DNA of 64,000 bases from Eledone cirrhosa (lineage: Eukaryota), in contig OZ024741.1 of the NCBI GenBank assembly GCA_964016885.1, forward strand, positions 296,608,001 to 296,672,000, in the 5' to 3' direction. Positions 56,828 to 64,000 of this stretch are shown here, piece by piece. Made by a program: the position numbers and the translations under genes. The notes beneath the pieces are model-generated. The model ran no database searches and had not been told where the DNA came from. It saw only the letters and a program-made list of their open reading frames with translations. Position 1 is the stretch's first letter. Every line of letters starts with the position of its first letter.

Positions 56828-59430
56828 TGCCTCCGCCTCCACCTTATCCCCCTCGGCTTCCGTCTACACTTCCACCCCTCCCCCGCTGCCTCCCCCTCCA
56901 CGCAACGTATCCTCACCCGATCCTCACGCCTCCTAATGCGCAACTCCATCCGCGCCTCCCGTTCCACCCTCCGCCAACTTGACCACCAACTGACCCCCAC
57001 CCTCCTCCGCCCTAACTCCACCTGCCACCCCCTCCTCGCCCAAGCCATCCTCTCCTTCATCCAAAGCCTCAACCACGACCTCTTCTTCCTCACCTCCACC
57101 AAAGCCATAAGCTACACTCACTCCTCCCAACCACCCCATCCACCACCACCCGCCCATCCCCATGAGCCCACCACTCCCCACCCCTCCCTCGAGCCACACC
57201 CCCTACCCAATCTCCACCCTCCACCTCACCCCTCACCACACCCTCCCTCCCCACACCCAAACCCCACCACTTGTTGTCACCATACCCCCTGACCCCCCCT
57301 CGCCGCACCTGAGCGCTCACTCCTTAGTAGAGGCCTTCACTTCATACCCCACACTCCGCACAGCGACGAGTTCCGCACCCGAACGGAAGTCGAGCGATTC
57401 GTGCGACGCACGAAGCTACAGGCACATTTCGGCCGAACGCCACCGGCTCCGGACGCCCCAGACCCGTTTCTCGCCCTGGGCCGACGACCATCTTCTTGGA
57501 CGCCGGCCCCAGGGCAATTTAGCACCCTGGACGCGTTCGTCGAAGCCAGCCGTAGCGCAGTAAATCGTTTCGACTTCCGCCACCGTTCCAAACGGTACAA
57601 CATCTCACGGGGCGAACTCTTCGCTCTCCGCTCCCTCCGTAGCCGAGATGACATCGTCATCAAACCGGCGGACAAGGGAGGCGCCGTGGTGGTGTGGCGC
57701 GCGGACCTCTACACGGCCGAAGCCCTCAGGCAGCTCCGTAACCCCCTCTTCTACCGCCCTCTACCCTCCGATCCCACACCCCTCTACCAACAACAAGTTT
57801 CCTCCACCATCCAACACCTTATCTCCTCCTCCCTCCCCCCACCCACCGCTTCCCACCTCATCGTCCGCACCCCCACCATCTACTTGCTCCCCAAACTCCA
57901 CAAACCCGACAAGCCAGGCCGCCCCATCGTCTCCGCTTGCAACTGCCCCACCGAACTCATCTCCGCCTTTCTCGACTCCATCCTCGCTCCCTTGTCACCA
58001 CCCTCCCCTCCCACATCTCCGACACCAACCACGCCCTGCGCCTTTTCGACTCCTTCACCTACCCACCCGGCCCACAGCCCTTCCTCTTCACCCTAGACAT
58101 CAAGTCCCTCTATACCGTCATCCCCCACGCCGACGGCCTACGCGCCCTCAAACACTACCTCGACCTTCGCCCCTCCCCTATTTCCTCCACCCCACCCTCC
58201 TTCACCTCGCCGAGCTGGTCCTCACCCTCAATTGTTTCTCCTTGGGTGAGTTTTACCAACAGGTCACGGGGGTAGCCATGGGTACAAGAATGGGCCCAAA
58301 CTATGCCAACCTTTTTGTTGGCCATGTTGAGGCCCAAATCTTTGCCCAGTACACCGGCCCCACGCCCGAAATGTACGGTCGTTACATCGACGACTGTATC
58401 GGAGCCACGACCCTCACCCGAGAACAGCTCGACTCCTTTCTCTCCTTCTTCTGCTCCTTCCACCCCTCCCTCCACTTCACCACCTCTATCTCCACCACCC
58501 ACGTCCACTTCTTAGACATCTCCGTCGCCTTCGACCCCTCCCACCACTCCCTCGTCACCTCCACCTTCTTCAAACCCACCGACTCCCACTCTTACCTCGA
58601 CTTCACCTCTTCCCACCCCACACACACTAAACGCTCTACTCCCAACTCCTCAGGATCCGCCGCCTCTGTAGCCGAGATGCCGACTTTGAGTCCCAGGCCC
58701 TTTCCCTAGTCAGCCATTTCATCAGCAGAGGTCCCCCCCCTCTCTCGTCCACACCGCTCTCACCCACGCCCGTGCTGTCCACCGCTCCACCACCCTCACC
58801 CCACGCCACCGCACACCCACCCACCGCCTCCCCTTCCCCATCACCTACCACCCCTCCACCCTACCCCTCCACCGCACCATCCTCCGCCTCTTCTAACGCC
58901 TCCAGTCCGACCCTTCCACCTCCCACATCTTCCCAGCCCCACCACTCCCCTCCTTCAAACGCGCACCCAATCTCCGCACCCTCCTCGTCCACAGCTCCCT
59001 ACCCCCAACCCCCCGGTTCCTTTCCCTGTTCTAGGCCCCGCTGCAACACCTGTCCCCACATCACCAACACCACCACCTTCCAGGGTCCCAACGGCCACTC
59101 TCTCTCTGTCCGGCATGCCTTCCGCTGTACCTCCTCCAACCTAGTCTACGGACTTCGCTGCACGGAGTGCAGCGCGACTTACGTCGGACAGACTGGACGT
59201 CGCCTGGCGGACAGATTTACTGAGCACCTCCGGATATTCGTCTCGGTGGTAGTTCCCCCATCGCCCGCCACTTTGGTGCCCCTGGACATTCCGCACGCCA
59301 TCTCACAGTCTGTGGCCTACTCCAATGCCACGGAACACCCGCCAATCTCCTAAGAGTTGAACAACAAACCATCTTCATCTTACAGACCCACACTCCCCCC
59401 GGCCTGAACTCCCCACCCTTATTCCTTTAG
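56828..59430 (+). pseudogene. PLE polyprotein (N-domain, DKG, RT, thumb, Zn linker, GIY-YIG), frameshifted
   Basis: CLRLHLIPLGFRL; DIVIKPADKGGAVVVW; YLLPKLHK..PGRPIVS; LDIKSLYTVIP; QVTGVAMGTRMGPNYANLFVG; RYIDD; FLD; KPTDSHSYLDFTSSHP; CSRPRCNTC; NLVYGLRCTECSATYVGQTGRRLADRFTEH; PPGLN. Confidence 0.93.
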
Positions 59431-60969
59431 CTTTCGACCGCCCCCCTCCACCCACCCACACATATCCCCCACTAACACCACTAACACACCCCTCCTTTTC
59501 ACGCCCACCCCACAACTAACAATACTAACACCTCCACCCCACATCCGACCACCCTTCCCAACTAACATACTAACATCCCTCCCTTCTCCCCCCTCCTTAT
59601 CACACGCACACACCCACCAGCACATATATACACGCGCTCACACTAAACACACACCCTACTACCACCACTAACCCTCATCCCCACACATCCACCCCACCAC
59701 CTCGCAACTAACATCACTAACACCCCCTGACCCCAAGCACACGAACACACTCACCCACTTACACCACCCACCCTACACGCAACTAACATCCCCCAACCCT
59801 ACGCACACGTACACACACCCCCTCTTACACCACCCACTCTACATACCCTACCACCACTGACCCCCACTCACACCCGCATTCAACCCTTTCTCCACCTCCT
59901 GTATACTAACACCCACTAACACCCCCTTCACCAAACACACACACCAGTACACCACACTCCCTCCATCGACCCTCACCCTTCTCTCCCCGCTCCACCCACA
60001 CCCTTTCTCAAATACTCACTCATCCCACTAACACCTCTACTAATACCCCCCCCTCCTCACTACAACTTTCACACCTACCTATCGTCTCCCCCTTACCATT
60101 CTACCCTAGTGCTGCTATGCCCTCTGACCACCTCCCCGCGCACACAACACACACTCACCATTTTATCCTACTGCTGCTATGCCCTCTGACCACAGACACA
60201 CCACACTCCTCCTGCCTTGACCACTTCCTGTTCCGCGCGCACCCCACATCTCCCCTCTTCCGACCAATCTCTTCACGGATTACACGTATGTGAACCTTGA
60301 TGACGGAATCAACCACAATCAAGGATTTTACCAAGCATCCCACCACATCTTACAGAATCACCTTTATGACTCACCCACACACACACCCAAAAATAATTTT
60401 TTTTCCCACACGCCACCTACACCCACAACACGCTTAAACACCACATAATTACACATTCAGCCTCCGGATTCCTCTCCCCCCATCCCTCTATCCACACACG
60501 CACACACACTCCGACCTACACCCCACCCCACACACATCTCTTCCTGAACATGCAACCCCGTTCTTCCCCCAACCCTTGCTTTCACATACACACAAACACA
60601 CACACACGTACACCTACACACACCACCTTCAGCCCTCCCCGCTCGGACAACCTGTCTCCCTCTCCCCACTCCACCCGCCACCTCCCCTACACGTCCCACA
60701 CCCTTCCACCACCTGTTTTACCCCATTTTAATTTTATTTTGATCATGCCTTTCTTTTTAATTTCATTTGCACCATTTCCTCTTACCCCTTTTGCTATATG
60801 TCTCTCCACCACTCCCCTACACACCTTTTGAACTCTCTTCCCACACACTGTTCACCTGAAGAAGCTTATGCCCGAAACGTCGTTCCCCACCACCACCCCA
60901 CTCTTAAGAGCGTGAAATTAATAAACATTTGTTGTACTGCCTCTCTGTTTTGTTCCCGTTCAATTTTTC

Positions 60970-60972
<3 letters not shown>
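56828..60972 (+). mobile_element. Near full-length Penelope-like element, C-rich, inserted in (TA)n; 3' pLTR with HHR remnant at 60853-60884
   Basis: ORF, ~1.5 kb C/A-rich 3' region, CTGAAGA..GCCC-GAAAC-GTC, TA tracts at 56808-56827 and 60973-61022. Confidence 0.9.
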
Positions 60973-61028
<56 letters not shown>

Positions 61029-61084
61029 GATTGTTTCTACTTTTGGCACAAGGCCAGTAATTACCCAGTTAGGATATATATATA

Positions 61085-61930
61085 TATGAAAACAGGGAGA
61101 AAGAGACGATTATGAGAAAGAAAAATATTTTTTTTTCCTTTTTTGTTTATCTCTTTTTTTCTGGGTTAGAAAATGATTAAAACGAAATGTTTTACTTTGT
61201 GTGAAGTGTTAAGGTATTAGTTGAGTTATTTATTATTTAACAATGGCATTTATTTATCTATTTATATATTTAATTATTGTCTATTACCGGTTTCAGCATT
61301 TATATGCATTATCAAATGATAGTGAAATGTATTAGTGTGGTGTCGCATATGTTAAACAGAAGGTGCAGAAAGAATAATGTTATATACAAACAAGGTTTAA
61401 GAAGTGAAAAGAAAAAAGAAAAAGAAAAAAAAAAACGAATGTAGAACGTAAAAAGTCAATGTGGAAGAAAAAATAATGTTATTTACAAGCACAGTCATTG
61501 AAGTTAAGCAGTTCAAAATGTGTTAATATCGCAAGAGTGCTTATTTGAACCATGGTTCCGTGAAGGAGGCAAATGGTGGACTGTGGTTTGATATGATTTC
61601 CCTTTTTAGAGAGTTTAGATGCAGGGGGAAGCAATTCTTGCTGGGTGATATTTAATTTATTTAAGAAAAAGGATTAGGTAGGGTGTGAGGGAGGTAACTC
61701 TTGTAAATGTTTGATTGTTTGTTGCAGTTTTAGATTGGTCCGATTTTTAGGGCATTGAGTAGTGGTTGAAATTTATTAATGAAATGTGTTTCGTTATTGG
61801 TGCGTTGGATGAAAGTAGCGTTGTCTATGAATTTGTAAATGGGGAAAATTTTAAAGTTTGGATGTTGGTTGAGAGCACAATTGGCGATATGTTCACTAAA
61901 TGCAACCTTTCTGTGGTTTGATATGATTTC
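61085..61930 (-). mobile_element. 3' fragment of a PLE related to 51.7-52.6 kb (GIY-YIG C-terminus 61730-61930; U3:A8 HHR at 61281-61320)
   Basis: RKVAFSEHIANCALNQHPNFKIFPIYKF..RTNNETHFINKFQPLLN; TTGATAA-T-GCAT/ATGC-T-GAAA-CCGG-TA. Confidence 0.8.
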
Positions 61931-62116
61931 TATTATATTATATTTATTGCCAGAAATAATAACAGAACACACTCACTGTTTGGTTGGTTTTCGCTTCTGT
62001 ATCTTTTATATCTCCATAGTTAATTTATTTGGCAATCAATGTTTATCATTGGTTGACCAACGGTTAAAAAAACAGGTATAAAATTAATTTTCTGTTATTA
62101 TTTCTGGCAAAAAAAG

Positions 62117-63175
62117 GGCGGTGGATTGGCAGTATCGGTAGAGGGTCGGACGCCATGCTTTGACGCATAGAGTTACGGCCCTTGTCATTCTGAGTTCAAA
62201 TCCCGCCAAGGTTAACTTTGCCTTTCATCCTTACGGGGTCGATAAAATAAAGTACCAGTAATACACTGGCAAATTGCTGGCCTTGTGCCAAAAGTAGAAA
62301 CAATTATTTCTGGCAATATATATATATATTTATTAAAACAACAGATTAAAGTTTAAGCAAAGAATTGCTGCTTTCACCCTTAACAGGATCTTCTGAAACT
62401 AAAAACATCAATCTGTGAACGCAGAAGTAAATATTTCGAAAAACGTTGCAACCGAAGCAAAGCAGGAAGACGATACTTTGGTTCGTGAAGACGTTCTCTG
62501 GCAATGAACGGAGAAAAGCGAAGATAATACGTCGTTATGTGGATCGATGAGAACAGAGGGTTCTTATATATTTGATATATATTTATCCTTATCGAGCCCT
62601 TTTGATTTTAGTCTTCACATTTATTATTATTATTAGGTTGACTTTGCCTTTCATCCTTACGGGGTCGATAAAATAAAGTACCAGTAATGCACTGGGTAAT
62701 TGCTGGCCTTGTGCCTAAAGTAGAAACAATTATTACTATATATATAACCCGCCGAGGTTAACTTTGCCTTTCATCCTTACGGGGTCGATAAAATAAAGTA
62801 CCAGTAATGCATTGGGGTTAATTGCTGGCCGTGTGCCAAAAGTAGAAACAATTATTACTATATATATATATATATATCGTATTTCCCGGCGTCGAAGACG
62901 CTACTTTTTTCCTAAAATGAGTCTGAAAAAATCTACCATGCGTCCTGGAGGGCGACGGTTGTTTATTATTTTTTTTTCAAATGGGCGGTGAATTGGCAGT
63001 ATCGGTAGAGGGTCGGACGCCATGCTTTGACGCATAGAGTTACGGCCCTTGCCATTCTGAGTTCAAATCCCGTCGGGGTTAACTTTGCCTTTCATCCTTA
63101 CGGGGTCGATAAAATAAAGTACCAGTAATGTCCTGGGTAATTGCTGGCCTTGTGCCAATAGTAGAAACAATTATT
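62117..63175 (+). mobile_element. Four young S1 SINE copies (62117-62308, ~62635-62737, ~62748-62858, 62983-63175)
   Basis: Near-identical cores; TSD-like TTATTTCTGGCAA around the first copy and TTATTTTTTTTCAAAT-like around the last. Confidence 0.9.
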
Positions 63176-63250
63176 TTTTTTCAAATTTTTGGTTGTCAAA
63201 ATTAGGATGCGTCCTCGAGGGCGAAGCGTCTTTGGCGCCGGGAAATACGG
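62877..63250. mobile_element. Pogo/Tigger-like MITE at a TA site, containing an S1 SINE
   Basis: TIRs CGTATTTCCCGGCG / CGCCGGGAAATACGG. Confidence 0.75.
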
Positions 63251-63437
63251 TATATGTATAGATATATACATACAGAGACAGAGAGGTATAAACCCGACTG
63301 CGGTGTCTAGCCGTTACAGCTTGTGTTCAGCAAGCCTTGACGTCGCAGTTAAGTGTATACCTTCCTCTATACCCACGCTGCACCTTCCTATGCATTGAGT
63401 ATTTTCATGATTAGTGGTCTCCACGGTCTCAGCACCA

Positions 63438-63610
<173 letters not shown>

Positions 63611-64000
63611 GGCCTTTTGTTGACTCAGTAACATTTATTTACTTTGTGGTAGGGCCTACCTTATATATCTCACACACACTCACACACACACAGTGTACAG
63701 AGCGCGCGCACCGAGATACACAGACATGAACATACATATTCATTAAAAAATCCATTCATGATAAATTGAGAAATGTTGTACACACGATATCGACTGTTTG
63801 GTGTGCTAAGTTTCCTAAGTAAGGAGTGTCTTTACCTGCTTTTCCTCTTATACTCTCTATATATACACTACTACATAACTCGTTGTTTTCATGAGCGGAA
63901 TAAGATATGGTGTGTACTTCACGAAGCTTTAACAAAGACATGTTTATGGATTATATTTTTACGCACAGTTGGAGCTTTGCGTTTATTCAGGGTAGCAAAG

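Overview
AT-rich, microsatellite-laden, repeat-dominated animal DNA. An octopod cephalopod is my inference, because the dominant tRNA-derived SINE resembles repeats I associate with Octopus; I could not verify this. I found no convincing host gene. Recognisable coding remnants are all transposon-derived: Penelope-like elements (PLEs; a nearly complete frameshifted RT+GIY-YIG ORF at 56.8-59.4 kb, 3' parts at 51.7-52.6 and 61.7-61.9 kb), Helitron Rep/Pif1 fragments, a Gypsy integrase in an internally deleted provirus, RTE and I-group LINE 3' fragments, and REL-endonuclease LINE tails. The main signal is non-coding: about 25-30 hammerhead-ribozyme (HHR) motifs, counted by eye, in at least 7 unrelated short element families. 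Most sit inside (TA)n tracts, often as head-to-head inverted pairs with 3' ends pointing outward. Two families link directly to PLE ORFs in this window. The HHRs show stem covariation, palindromic minimal stem III and three families with the compensatory U3:A8 core. There are also two candidate non-canonical (permuted/branched or pseudoknotted) HHR-like folds. About 5.7 kb of strand-polarised irregular (TA)nTG arrays host these insertions at 44-52 kb. Coordinates of degenerate repeats are approximate.
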